Assembly (NCBI GenBank): GCA_963666485.2
Contig: CAXXUO010000003.1
Coordinates: forward strand, 96,001-160,000
Length of the DNA: 64,000 bases
DNA from: Syntrophorhabdaceae bacterium
GTDB lineage: Bacteria > Desulfobacterota > Syntrophorhabdia > Syntrophorhabdales > Syntrophorhabdaceae
Reading direction: 5' to 3'
Position numbers and translations under genes: made by a program. The notes beneath the pieces were generated by a model that was given only the letters and a program-made list of their open reading frames with translations, made no database searches and was not told the DNA's origin. Position 1 is the first letter of the stretch. Every line of letters begins with the position of its first letter. Below are positions 42,384 through 52,056 of this stretch, one piece after another.

Positions 42384-43854
42384 GCTTGTTATAAATGTTA
42401 CGTACAGTGAAACGCGGATAGCTTTCCTCGAGAATGGCACCCTCGTCGAGTTCTTTATCGAGAAGAAGAATGACAGGAGCATGGTCGGGAGCATCTACAA
42501 GGGAAAGGTCGTGCGGATAGTCCCCGGGATGGATGCCGCGTTCATCGATATCGGGCTCGAAAAATCGGCATTCCTTTATGTGGGGGACATTATCCTCGAC
42601 GGCATGATGTACGAGGAGTTCGACAGTTCGGAGTTCCATTTTGAGGCCGGCGAACGCATAGAAGGCGTTCTCGAGGACGGCCAGGAACTCATCGTCCAGG
42701 TGTCGCGGGAGCCCATCGGGCAAAAGGGCACACGGGTCACGTCAAAGATCACGCTGCCGGGACGGCTTCTCGTCCTTATGCCAGGTACGGACCACATCGG
42801 AGTGTCCCGGAAGATCGAGGATGAAGAGGAACGCAAACGGCTTGCCTCGGTGATGAAAGACATATGCCCCAAAGGATACGGGCTCATCGGCAGGACCGCA
42901 TCGGAAGGGAAGAGCGCCGACGAGCTTGAAACCGATCTCAATTTCCTGCGGCGCATATGGGAAAGCATACAGGAAAAGGCGAAAGGCTCCCGGGCCCCCG
43001 CCATCCTGCACCAGGAACTCGGAATAATCTTCCGTGTCATCCGTGACCTCCATTCGCATAACCTCAAGAAGGTGATCGTCGACGACGAGTTCGTCTACAA
43101 AAGACTCGAACAGTTCCTGAAAGAGTACCTGCCCGAAGAGGGGTGCGAGGTCACCTATTTTGACGAGAGAGACCCGATATTCGAGGTCTACGGTATCGAG
43201 ATGGAAGTGGCGAAGCTGCTCCAGAGAAAGATCTGGCTCAAATCCGGGGGTTATATCGTCCTCGATTATACCGAGGCATTGACGGTCATAGACGTCAACA
43301 CGGGAAGGTACCTCGGAAAGAAGGACCTCGAGGACACCATCCTGAGGACGAACCTCGAAGCCGTAAAAGAGATCGCCTACCAGATACGCCTGCGCAATAT
43401 CGGCGGGATCATTATCGTCGATTTTATCGATATGGAGCGCAAGGAATCCCGTGAAACCGTCTTCCAGTCCCTGATGGATACGCTGAAAAAAGACAGGATC
43501 AAGACGTTCGCCTACCCGATCAGCGAACTGGGGCTCGTTCAGCTTACCCGGAAAAGGACCCGCCACAATGTGGTGAACCTTCTCACGGAGACCTGTCCGA
43601 ACTGCGAAGGTTCCGGTTATATAAAATCCCGTTTTACTGTCTGCTACGAGGTGCTCAGGGAACTGAGAAGCTCGTGCAGAAAGGGTGAGGGCAGGATCTT
43701 CAATATCTATCTCTCACCGGACGTGGCCAACCTGCTGTACGAAGAAGAAAAGACCTCCCTCGAACAGATCGAATCGACGTACGGAACAAAGATCAACCTC
43801 ATCGCCAACCCGAACTTTGCGATCGACAAGTTTCAGATAGAAGGAATACTGTAA
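42373..43854 (+). CDS. rng: Ribonuclease G (Rne/Rng family)
   Basis: S1 domain IYKGKV, IDVNTG, LRNIGGIIIVDFIDM and CPNC. Confidence 0.93.
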   Translation: MASELVINVTYSETRIAFLENGTLVEFFIEKKNDRSMVGSIYKGKVVRIVPGMDAAFIDIGLEKSAFLYVGDIILDGMMYEEFDSSEFHFEAGERIEGVLEDGQELIVQVSREPIGQKGTRVTSKITLPGRLLVLMPGTDHIGVSRKIEDEEERKRLASVMKDICPKGYGLIGRTASEGKSADELETDLNFLRRIWESIQEKAKGSRAPAILHQELGIIFRVIRDLHSHNLKKVIVDDEFVYKRLEQFLKEYLPEEGCEVTYFDERDPIFEVYGIEMEVAKLLQRKIWLKSGGYIVLDYTEALTVIDVNTGRYLGKKDLEDTILRTNLEAVKEIAYQIRLRNIGGIIIVDFIDMERKESRETVFQSLMDTLKKDRIKTFAYPISELGLVQLTRKRTRHNVVNLLTETCPNCEGSGYIKSRFTVCYEVLRELRSSCRKGEGRIFNIYLSPDVANLLYEEEKTSLEQIESTYGTKINLIANPNFAIDKFQIEGIL

Positions 43855-43859
43855 GGATC

Positions 43860-44714
43860 ATGAACACGCCGGTCCTGTCTCCTGCCAAGGTGAATCTTTA
43901 TTTAAAGGTCCTGTCGCGCCGTCCGGACGGCTACCACAATCTGCAGAGCCTGGTCGATATTATCTCGCTGGCGGACATTATTCACATCGAGGACATCCCG
44001 CAAGACGAGATCATTCTCGGCGACGACAGGAACGTCCTTCCCCGGGGGGAGGGAAACACCGTTTTCCGCGCCGTCCGGATGCTGAAGGAGACGTACGGTG
44101 TCAGGCGCGGCGTCCGTATATTCATCGAGAAGAAGATCCCCATCGGGAGCGGCCTCGGCGGGCCGAGCAGCAATGCGGCCTCCGTGTTGAAGGAATTGAA
44201 TGTGCGCTGGGGGCTCGGCATTCCCTTTGAGGAGCTCAATGCGATCGGAAGCCGGATAGGGGCCGATGTTCCTTTGTTTCTTGGCGGTGGGCCGTGCATC
44301 ATGGAGGGGATAGGCGATATAGTCACTCCCGTCAGCTTGCCGCAGATGTGGTATGTAATTGTTTATCCTAATGTCAGCATATCGACAAAGGCGGTCTATG
44401 AGGGCCTGAGAATCGTGTTGACAAAGGAGCACAATGATATTAAATTGATGGGGAATTTCAGCAATCCTTGCGAAATTGCGGGCATTCTCAAGAACGATCT
44501 TGAAGAGGTCGCTGTAAGAATGTGCCCGCAGATCGGGAGCATCAAGGATGTCCTGAAAGGTACCAAAGCCCTCGGTTCGCTCATGAGCGGAAGCGGTTCA
44601 TCGGTGTTCGCTCTCTTCGATAAAGAAGAAGAAGCGCGTCTGGCGTCATTGTCGGCAATAAACGAGATGGGGACTGTTTTTATTGCACATAGCGTACAGG
44701 GAGGGGTACACTAA
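43860..44714 (+). CDS. ispE: 4-(CDP)-2-C-methyl-D-erythritol kinase
   Basis: PAKVNLYL, DGYH, KKIPIGSGLGG, GADVP and MSGSGS. Confidence 0.95.
   Translation: MNTPVLSPAKVNLYLKVLSRRPDGYHNLQSLVDIISLADIIHIEDIPQDEIILGDDRNVLPRGEGNTVFRAVRMLKETYGVRRGVRIFIEKKIPIGSGLGGPSSNAASVLKELNVRWGLGIPFEELNAIGSRIGADVPLFLGGGPCIMEGIGDIVTPVSLPQMWYVIVYPNVSISTKAVYEGLRIVLTKEHNDIKLMGNFSNPCEIAGILKNDLEEVAVRMCPQIGSIKDVLKGTKALGSLMSGSGSSVFALFDKEEEARLASLSAINEMGTVFIAHSVQGGVH
44418..44446 (+). promoter_or_regulatory. Candidate sigma70 promoter inside ispE
   Basis: TTGACA (44418-44423), 17-bp spacer, TAAATT (44441-44446), in an AT-rich patch. Confidence 0.5.
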
Positions 44715-44980
44715 TGCTGATCACGGATGTCAAGATCTTCCCCGTTGACGAGAAACGGGTAAAGGCGTACGCCTCGATCGTTTTTGATGACTGTTTTATC
44801 GTGCGCGATGTCAAGGTGATCCAGGGAGACAACAAGTTCTTCGTTGCCATGCCGAGCAAGAAAATGAAGGACGGCTCTTTCCGGGATATGGTCCACCCTC
44901 TGAACACCGTGACGCGGCAGATGATAGAAGAGAGTGTGCTCGGGGCTTACAGGCTGGAAACAGGCGCTTTGCAGACATAA
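44714..44980 (+). CDS. spoVG: SpoVG family nucleic-acid-binding protein
   Basis: ITDVKI, KAYASIVFDDCF, FVAMPSKK and FRDMVHP. Confidence 0.92.
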   Translation: MLITDVKIFPVDEKRVKAYASIVFDDCFIVRDVKVIQGDNKFFVAMPSKKMKDGSFRDMVHPLNTVTRQMIEESVLGAYRLETGALQT

Positions 44981-44984
44981 AGAT

Positions 44985-45056
44985 TGGGGTGTCGTCAAGC
45001 GGTAAGACACAGGCCTTTGGAGCCTGCATTCGGAGGTTCGAATCCTCCCGCCCCAG
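44985..45056 (+). tRNA. tRNA-Gln(TTG); CCA not encoded
   Basis: Acceptor TGGGGTG/CGCCCCA, anticodon arm CAGGC-CTTTGGA-GCCTG and T-loop GGTTCGAATCC; typical ispE-tRNAGln-prs position. Confidence 0.95.
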
Positions 45057-45080
45057 CATATATCCTCAGGAGGGATCTCA

Positions 45081-46016
45081 TTGGATAAGCTCAGAATATT
45101 AACGGGCAATGCGAATCCGGAACTGGCATACAAGATCTGCGAATATCTCGGGATCAAGCTTGCGAAGGCAAGGGTCAACCAGTTCAGCGACGGGGAGATC
45201 CAGGTCTCTATCGATGAAAGCGTCCGGGGAATGGACACCTTCATCGTACAGTCGACGTGTCCGCCCGTCAATCATAACCTGATGGAGCTGCTTATCATGG
45301 TCGATGCCCTGAAGAGGGCCTCGGCGGGGCGCATAACCGTTGTCATGCCGTACTACGGCTATGCCCGGCAGGACCGCAAGGTCATTCCGCGGACATCGAT
45401 CTCGGCACGGCTCGTCGCCAACCTCGTGACCGTCGCAGGCGCATCGAGGATACTGGCAATGGACCTTCACGCCGGCCAGATACAGGGCTTCTTCGATATA
45501 CCGGTGGACCACCTCTACGCTCTTCCCGTTCAGTTCGATTACATAAAAAAGATCAAAGGTGATATCGTTGTCGTTTCCCCCGATGCGGGCGGCGTCGAGC
45601 GCGCCAGGGAACTGGGGAAGCGGATCAACGCCACCATCGCGATAATCGACAAAAGACGGGAAAAAGCAAATGAATCGAAAGTGATGCATGTTATCGGCGA
45701 TGTCAGAGGCAGGACGGCCATACTCATCGACGACATGATCGATACGGGCGGGACGATCGTTCAGGCGGCGCAGGCCCTCATAGACAACGGGGCCAAAACG
45801 GTCTACGCGTGCTGCTCGCATCCCGTGCTTTCAGGACAGGCCATCGAGCGTATAAATGCTTCACCGCTCAAAGAATTGATAGCAACCAATACGATCCCTC
45901 TCTCCGAAGAGGGCAGGAGATCGAAAAAGATAAAAGTTCTGGATGTATCACCTATTCTCGGTGAGGCGATCAAGAGAATACATCTCGATGCATCCGTAAG
46001 TTCGTTGTTCATATAG
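45081..46016 (+). CDS. prs: Ribose-phosphate pyrophosphokinase
   Basis: [27 protein letters not shown] and [13 protein letters not shown] start after AGGAGG. Confidence 0.96.
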   Translation: MDKLRILTGNANPELAYKICEYLGIKLAKARVNQFSDGEIQVSIDESVRGMDTFIVQSTCPPVNHNLMELLIMVDALKRASAGRITVVMPYYGYARQDRKVIPRTSISARLVANLVTVAGASRILAMDLHAGQIQGFFDIPVDHLYALPVQFDYIKKIKGDIVVVSPDAGGVERARELGKRINATIAIIDKRREKANESKVMHVIGDVRGRTAILIDDMIDTGGTIVQAAQALIDNGAKTVYACCSHPVLSGQAIERINASPLKELIATNTIPLSEEGRRSKKIKVLDVSPILGEAIKRIHLDASVSSLFI

Positions 46017-46029
46017 CTGGGAGGACAGT

Positions 46030-46650
46030 ATGGAACAGGTTTTGATCAATGCAGACAAAAGAAGTGCGACAGGCAAGGGCGTTGCACGAAAATTCAGAAG
46101 TGCAGGGCGGATACCGGCCGTTCTTTACGGGACCAATGTTGAGCCGGTAGCGATAACCATCGGGGCACGTGAATGGGAAACCGTCACCCGTCACTTGAAA
46201 CGGAATGTCATTTTTGACATGGAGATCCATGATGGCCCTGCGGTGGATAAGAGACCGGTCATGGTGAAGGAGATCCAGCGTGACGGCCTGGGGATCAATA
46301 TCATGCATATTGATTTCTTCCAGGTTTCCATGGAAAAGACCGTCGAAGTCGAGGTCCCCATTCATCTCGCCGGAAAATCCAAAGGAGAGGTCCTTGGCGG
46401 AGTTGTCGATGTTCATTTGAGACAGATACGCGTCGAGTGTCTCCCCAACCAGATCCCGGAAGAGATCACGGTCGATATTTCGGAGCTCGATATCGGTGAT
46501 TCCATCCATGTCAGCGACATCAGTTTACCGGGTGTCAAACTGGTCGAGCATGGGGAAATAGCCATCCTCAGCATCATACCGCCGACGGTCGAAGAGAAGA
46601 GGGGAGCTGCAGAGGCACCGGAAGCCGCCGCAGAAGCGAAAGAGGAGTAA
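46030..46650 (+). CDS. rplY: 50S ribosomal protein L25/Ctc
   Basis: GRIPAVLYG, HIDF, VPI, IPE.I.VD and GDSIHVSD. Confidence 0.94.
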   Translation: MEQVLINADKRSATGKGVARKFRSAGRIPAVLYGTNVEPVAITIGAREWETVTRHLKRNVIFDMEIHDGPAVDKRPVMVKEIQRDGLGINIMHIDFFQVSMEKTVEVEVPIHLAGKSKGEVLGGVVDVHLRQIRVECLPNQIPEEITVDISELDIGDSIHVSDISLPGVKLVEHGEIAILSIIPPTVEEKRGAAEAPEAAAEAKEE

Positions 46651-46657
46651 CGGCTCA

Positions 46658-47215
46658 TTGCATCTTTTATGCGGGCTTGGCAATAAAGGCTCGGAGTATA
46701 CATTCACGCGTCACAATGTCGGCTATCTCGTGATAGACCGTTTTTCCGAACGCTTCAAAATTCCGCTCAAGAAGAAAGATTCGGGTTGCAGGATCGGGTC
46801 AAAGGATGACCTGATCCTGGCAAAACCCGATACGTATATGAACCTTTCCGGCAGCCCGGTTGCCAAACTTGCCAGGAAATTTGCCGTTCCGCCGGAAGCC
46901 ATCATCATAGTTCACGACGACCTGGACATGGATTTCGGCAGAATGAAGATACGCCTGGGAGGCCGGGATGGTGGGCACAAGGGCGTTCGCTCTATCATAG
47001 AAAGCCTGCAGACGCAGGATTTTTACCGTCTCAAGATAGGCATCGGTAGGAACCCTGCGATGCCGGCCGAAGAATATGTCCTGTCACGCTTCGAATATGA
47101 AAGACAGAAGGAGCTCGCGGAGATCATCGACGTGGCATGCGAGGCCCTCGATGTCTTCGTGACCGAGGGCGGCTCGAAAGCGATGAGCATTTACAACAAA
47201 CGCGGTCCGGAGTGA
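46658..47215 (+). CDS. pth: Peptidyl-tRNA hydrolase
   Basis: GLGN, TRHNVG, KPDTYMNLSG, HDDLD and GGHKG. Confidence 0.94.
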   Translation: MHLLCGLGNKGSEYTFTRHNVGYLVIDRFSERFKIPLKKKDSGCRIGSKDDLILAKPDTYMNLSGSPVAKLARKFAVPPEAIIIVHDDLDMDFGRMKIRLGGRDGGHKGVRSIIESLQTQDFYRLKIGIGRNPAMPAEEYVLSRFEYERQKELAEIIDVACEALDVFVTEGGSKAMSIYNKRGPE

Positions 47216-47225
47216 GGGGCAAGCC

Positions 47226-48314
47226 ATGAGTTTCTCATGCGGGTTTATCGGCCTTCCCAATTCAGGAAAATCGACCATCTTCAATGCATTGACATCGCTC
47301 GCCGTACCGTGCCAGCCCTATCCTTTCTGCACGATCGATCCGAACGTGGGGGTTGTCCCGGTCCCTGACCGCAGGCTGCTCAGCCTCGCGGAACTCCTCA
47401 AGCCGGAAAAGGTTGTCGAAACCACGATACAATTTGTCGATATTGCCGGCCTCATCAAAGATGCCCACAAGGGAGAGGGCCTCGGCAACAGGTTCCTTGC
47501 GCATATCCGCAACGTCGATGCGACAGCACATGTCATCCGGGCATTCACGGCAGGCCAGGTGCCCCATGTCTATGAGGACATAGACCCTGCGAGGGACATG
47601 GACATCGTCGAGACCGAGATAATCATCTCGGACCTGGAGATCGTCGAGGACCGGATCAAGAAGATCGAGCGCCTTGCAAAGATATCAAAGGACAAGGGAG
47701 AGGTGGAAATGGAGCTTCTCCTCAGGGTCAAGAGGTATCTCGATTCCGGGCGTTTTGTTCGCATGGAGGACTTCGACGAAACCGAAAGCGGGATCATTCG
47801 CGGGTTTGACCTGATAACGACGAAACCTTTGTTCTATATCGCCAATGTCGATGAGGATGCCTTCGTCAGCGTCCCCATAGCGAACATCGAAGAGGCCGCG
47901 AAAGCGCGCGGCAGAGAGGTCGTCTATATCTGCGGTAAACTGGAGCAGGACCTGAGCGTCCTTCCCGAGGAAGAGAGAACATCTTTCATGGAATTATACG
48001 GGATGGAAGAATTCTCCATCGAAAAAATAATTCACGTAGGCTACCGTATCTTGAACCTCATAACATTCTATACGATAGTGGGAAAGGTGATGCGCGCCTG
48101 GACAATACCAAGAGGAACTCCCTGTGTAAAGGCGGCCGGAAAGATACACACCGATATGGAGAAAGGGTTCATACGGGCCGAGGTCATCAATATCGATGAA
48201 TTCATCGCATGCGGAAGCGAGCACGCGGCGCGGGAAAAGGGACTGCTCAGGCTCGAAGGGAAAGAATACGTTGTTCAGGATGGCGACATACTCCATATTA
48301 GGTTCAATGTCTGA
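47226..48314 (+). CDS. ychF: Redox-regulated ATPase YchF
   Basis: GLPNSGKST, YPFCTIDPN, DIAGL, GEGLGNRFL and IHTDMEKGFIRAE. Confidence 0.95.
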   Translation: MSFSCGFIGLPNSGKSTIFNALTSLAVPCQPYPFCTIDPNVGVVPVPDRRLLSLAELLKPEKVVETTIQFVDIAGLIKDAHKGEGLGNRFLAHIRNVDATAHVIRAFTAGQVPHVYEDIDPARDMDIVETEIIISDLEIVEDRIKKIERLAKISKDKGEVEMELLLRVKRYLDSGRFVRMEDFDETESGIIRGFDLITTKPLFYIANVDEDAFVSVPIANIEEAAKARGREVVYICGKLEQDLSVLPEEERTSFMELYGMEEFSIEKIIHVGYRILNLITFYTIVGKVMRAWTIPRGTPCVKAAGKIHTDMEKGFIRAEVINIDEFIACGSEHAAREKGLLRLEGKEYVVQDGDILHIRFNV

Positions 48315-48331
48315 TAAAAACCGTTAAAGAA

Positions 48332-48500
48332 GAAAAGACGGTTCCACGTTCCACGTTCCACGTTCCACGTTAAAAACAAATACATTCTCGTTCCGGGTTT
48401 GACCCTTCCACTCGTCGTTCTGAGCACCGTCTCGCGGACCGGGTTGACGGTACGTGGTAGTTTCTTTAACGTGGAACGTGGAACGTGGAACCGTCTTTTC
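48332..48500. repeat. Inverted heptamer arrays (GTTCCAC)x4/(GTGGAAC)x3 with complementary flanks
   Basis: GAAAAGACG(GTTCCAC)4GTTAAA at 48332-48374 versus TTTAAC(GTGGAAC)3CGTCTTTTC at 48465-48500. Confidence 0.9.
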
Positions 48501-48502
48501 GT

Positions 48503-49804
48503 TTATATGTTCTGCCCCAGCCTTATCGCATTCTTGAAAAGGCTGAAATTGGTATCGGGCTGGGTCAGTTCCTGGTTGTTTCCGATGAAAGGGACAAGCA
48601 CCAGGGACGCCTCCTTAATACGTATCGATACATCCGGAAGTGTGGGCAGGAAGAGCTTCTTTCGCAGTGTCAGGTCTGCGGCGAGGGTCTTCGACCCGCT
48701 GAAGGCATCGTCGAGAGGCACATTCACGGGAACGATATCGGTGTGAGGCAGTACGGTATCTGCACCTTCGGGGCTTGCTATCGTGAACTGCCTGGCTATG
48801 CGTAAGAAGGCCGGAGGGTTCGTTTTGAAAGCAGGGAGCCAGAAAAAGAATGGCTTGTCTTCAAAGGCGGGCAGCAGAGCGCGGGGGATGTTCGTAAATC
48901 TGATAAAATCCGCGTAGGAATCAAGCCGTGTTCCGGTCATCGTGACCGAGATCTTCCAGAAGGGCACGTATGTTGTCGATGTGCTGTCTTTAGTGCCCGA
49001 TGCCATCCGCGAAAAACCGAAAGAGATGAGGCCGTTTTCTGTCACGTGCCATGACCTGTCGCATTTCGTACAGAAGACGATGCGGCTGTCCCGTCCGGAA
49101 ATAGTGTCCCAGCCGCAGTTAGGGCACAGTGTCGGAAGGAAATTGACAGGCCAGTCTCCATCAACGGTATCGGCGCCGGTGAAGGTGGCGGCCGTCGCGC
49201 CGAGCACATCATCCGTTACCCCATCGTGCACCTTGTTGTCACGCACGTAAAAAGGCGCATAGATAAGGCTCAATGTGTCAGCTATAAATACTTCATGGTA
49301 GATGCGTTCTTCGTGCATTTCAAGCCGTTCGTCCGGCACGATATCCCAATCCTCTTCGGAGGTCCTGATAATGCGCGCTTCCGTAGTCTTCACGAGGCTG
49401 TATTCTACCGTATTCTTAGCCAGTGTCTGCGACGGGTCAAAAGCGGCGGTTGGCTTGAGAAAGTGCGTGCTTTCCCCGGGTTTGGCAAATTTAAGTTTTA
49501 AAGACTGGACGCGAAGGCCCAGCGATTGCGGAAGGCCGGGGCTGTCAACCGCCAGGATGGTCCTGTCCACGAGTCCGCTTTCAACCCCGCTCGTTTTACA
49601 GAGGAAATGCATTCCCTTGAACCGCCAGTAAGGGACATAATACACATCTTCGAGAAATGGGTCGCGTGGCAGTATCGTGTAGCGGAAATAGTCCCCGGGC
49701 TGCATGAACAATCTTGTCTTGCAGAAAGTGCAGGAAAGAAGCGTATCGGCCTCATCGAGGACAACGGGGGCGCCGCATTGCGGGCATTCATGTTCTATCT
49801 GCAT
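48503..49804 (-). CDS. Hypothetical zinc-ribbon protein with internal duplication (YdjG-like)
   Basis: CPQC..CTFC plus YVPYW..LIYAPF, repeated as CPNC..CTKC plus YVPFW..LVLVPF. Confidence 0.75.
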   Translation of the reverse strand: MQIEHECPQCGAPVVLDEADTLLSCTFCKTRLFMQPGDYFRYTILPRDPFLEDVYYVPYWRFKGMHFLCKTSGVESGLVDRTILAVDSPGLPQSLGLRVQSLKLKFAKPGESTHFLKPTAAFDPSQTLAKNTVEYSLVKTTEARIIRTSEEDWDIVPDERLEMHEERIYHEVFIADTLSLIYAPFYVRDNKVHDGVTDDVLGATAATFTGADTVDGDWPVNFLPTLCPNCGWDTISGRDSRIVFCTKCDRSWHVTENGLISFGFSRMASGTKDSTSTTYVPFWKISVTMTGTRLDSYADFIRFTNIPRALLPAFEDKPFFFWLPAFKTNPPAFLRIARQFTIASPEGADTVLPHTDIVPVNVPLDDAFSGSKTLAADLTLRKKLFLPTLPDVSIRIKEASLVLVPFIGNNQELTQPDTNFSLFKNAIRLGQNI

Positions 49805-49807
49805 CGC

Positions 49808-50911
49808 TTACGTTATCTTTTCCCCGCAGTTATTACAGAATTTCGACCCGTGGAGGTTTTCATACCCGCACTTAGGGCAGGTGACCGGGTCATGTTTTTT
49901 TGACACCTCGCACCCGCAGGACGGGCAGAACCGGGCATTGGGGGGAACGTTCTTGTGACAGTCGGGGCATTGGGCGACAACAAGCAGGTGATGGCCGCAC
50001 GCCTGGCAGAACTGTGCGTTTGCGGCAACGGGATTTCCGCATTCAGGGCATTTCATTGCTTCGGAGGTTTCAGAAACCCCTCTCATGCTCTCGGCATACA
50101 TGGCGGGCATCATGAAGCCGAGGCCCATGCCGAGCCCGGCACCCGCCTGGGACGGATTTTTGGAAGCGGTTTCCATGGCCATCGCGGTTTTCATCTTGAG
50201 AAGCTTATTGAGATCGTCAAACATCGCGAGCCTGCTCTTGTCATCGATCGCCTGCTGTACCTCCTGGGGCGGCGTTATCGAGTTGATGAAAAGACTTGAG
50301 AGCTCGATCCCGAAATGCAGGAAATCCTTTGCAACGAGGCTGCTTAAGCCCGAGGATATCTCATCATACCGGCCCGGAAGATTGAGAAGGGAATCAAGGT
50401 TGTCTCCCAGGTAGTCGTTGAAGCGCGATAATACGATCTTGCCGAGGTATTCCCCGATATCATCCACTGTGTAGGAAGATTTTGTCCCGACCAGGGTGTT
50501 GATAAAAAGTGAAGGCTGAATGACCCTGATGTTAAACATCCCGAAGGCCCTCAGTCTTATGAGCCCGAGTGTCGAATCCTTGAAAGCGACAGGATCTCTC
50601 GTCCCCCACGCGAGGTTCGCAAAGACCTTCGTATTGATAAAATACACCTCGGCGCGCAGCGGGCTCGTGAATCCCCACGGCAGGCTTAAGAGTTTTGTGA
50701 TAATGGGGATGTTAAGCGTGGTCAGGGTATAGCGTCCCGCGCCCACAGCATCGTAGGCTTTCCCTTCGTAGAAGAATATCGCGGCCTGGCTCTCGCGCAC
50801 GGTAAGCTGGGCACCGTACTTGATATCCCCGGACCCTTCCTGCGGTATCCTGTGGGCTATCTCTTTGCCGGTATCGTCAAACCATTCGATGATCTCAATA
50901 AAATTACCCAT
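49808..50911 (-). CDS. SPFH/band-7 domain protein with C-terminal zinc ribbons (YdjI-like)
   Basis: GAQLTVRESQAAIF, WGT..P, RAFG, GAGLGMGLG and six CxxC motifs; no TM segment. Confidence 0.85.
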   Translation of the reverse strand: MGNFIEIIEWFDDTGKEIAHRIPQEGSGDIKYGAQLTVRESQAAIFFYEGKAYDAVGAGRYTLTTLNIPIITKLLSLPWGFTSPLRAEVYFINTKVFANLAWGTRDPVAFKDSTLGLIRLRAFGMFNIRVIQPSLFINTLVGTKSSYTVDDIGEYLGKIVLSRFNDYLGDNLDSLLNLPGRYDEISSGLSSLVAKDFLHFGIELSSLFINSITPPQEVQQAIDDKSRLAMFDDLNKLLKMKTAMAMETASKNPSQAGAGLGMGLGFMMPAMYAESMRGVSETSEAMKCPECGNPVAANAQFCQACGHHLLVVAQCPDCHKNVPPNARFCPSCGCEVSKKHDPVTCPKCGYENLHGSKFCNNCGEKIT

Positions 50912-50932
50912 AAAAACGACCTCCCGGACTCT

Positions 50933-51298
50933 GGTTCAAAGTTCAAAGATCAAAGTTCAACGTAAAAAAAGACAAGATTCACTATATCTTTTACGAGTTA
51001 ATCGGAAATTTTTCAATTCTTTTAACGTTAATAATTGATTTGTTTACATAGGGTATCTGAAAATGTCTGGATACCCTTTTTCCCCCGTCATTCCGGCTTG
51101 CCGGAATCCAGTGTCTTTGTTTGGCCTGTCCTCAAAATAGTTCAAATGCCATTTGTCCCTTTTTAATTGTCAAGCCTGCGGTGAAAACATTACAAGACGC
51201 TGGATTCCGCCGCAAAAGCCGGCGGAATGACGGTGGTTGGGTTAATTGTGGAGCAGTTACTTCGCAGATGAAAAACCTTGAACATTGAACCTTGAACC
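50933..51298. repeat. Inverted GTTCAA(A/G) heptamer arrays enclosing a REP/MITE-like element
   Basis: Arrays at 50933-50960 and 51276-51298. Inner element 51086-51232, whose right end (51194-51232) is identical to 33849-33887. Confidence 0.87.
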
Positions 51299-51302
51299 GC
51301 TT

Positions 51303-52056
51303 TTACCCGTATCTTCCCGTTATATACCCCTCCGTCCTCTCATCCTTCGGCGAGGTGAATATCTGCGATGTCTCCCCGAATTCCACGAGGTCTCCGAGGA
51401 GCATGAAGCCGGTATAATCCGAGACACCGCGCGGCCTGCTGCATATTGTGGGTCACGATAAGGATGGTGTACCGTTCCTTGAGCTCTATCATGAGCTCCT
51501 CTATGCGCATCGTCGCTATGGGGTCGAGAGCGGAGCAGGGCTCGTCGAGAAGGATGATCTCGGGTTCCACGGTGAGGAGGCGTGCAATGCACAGGCGCTG
51601 CTTCATTTCTTCCGAGAGATCGAGCGCCGGCGCATGAAGCTTGTCTTTGAGCTCTTCGAGAAGCCCTACCGAGTGAAGGCAGCGGTCGACTATTTCCCGC
51701 ATGGTCCGCCGGTTAGCCATGCCGTGGACCTTAAGGCCGTATACCATATTCTCGTATATCGTGAAGGGAAAAGGGTTCGGCCTCTGAAAGACCATGCCTA
51801 CTTTTTTCCGGAGGTTGATTATGTCGATGTCCCGCAACCGTTCATCATGTACGTAGATCTCGCCCTCGATGCGGACGTCTTCCTGGAGGTCGTTCATGCG
51901 GTTGAAGCAGCGAAGCAGGGTAGATTTTCCACAGCCGGACGGCCCGATAAGTGCGGTGATCGCCCGGGAATACACATGGAAACCGACATCCTTGAGGGCG
52001 TGAAAATCCCCGTAATAAAGGTTGAGCTTATCAGTCCGCAGGGCAAATCTGTCCAT
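51303..52056 (-). pseudogene. pstB: Phosphate ABC transporter ATPase PstB (second copy) with a 1-nt insertion frameshift at about 51426 (pseudogene or sequencing error)
   Basis: GPSGCGKS, VFQRPNPFP, LLDEP and [10 protein letters not shown]. Removing one base restores [27 protein letters not shown] ending at 51303 (754 nt = 3n+1). Confidence 0.85.

Noticed and set aside
44985..45080. tRNA-Gln as an integration site
   Set aside because: No integrase or duplicated tRNA 3' end was seen, and the ispE-prs synteny is intact.
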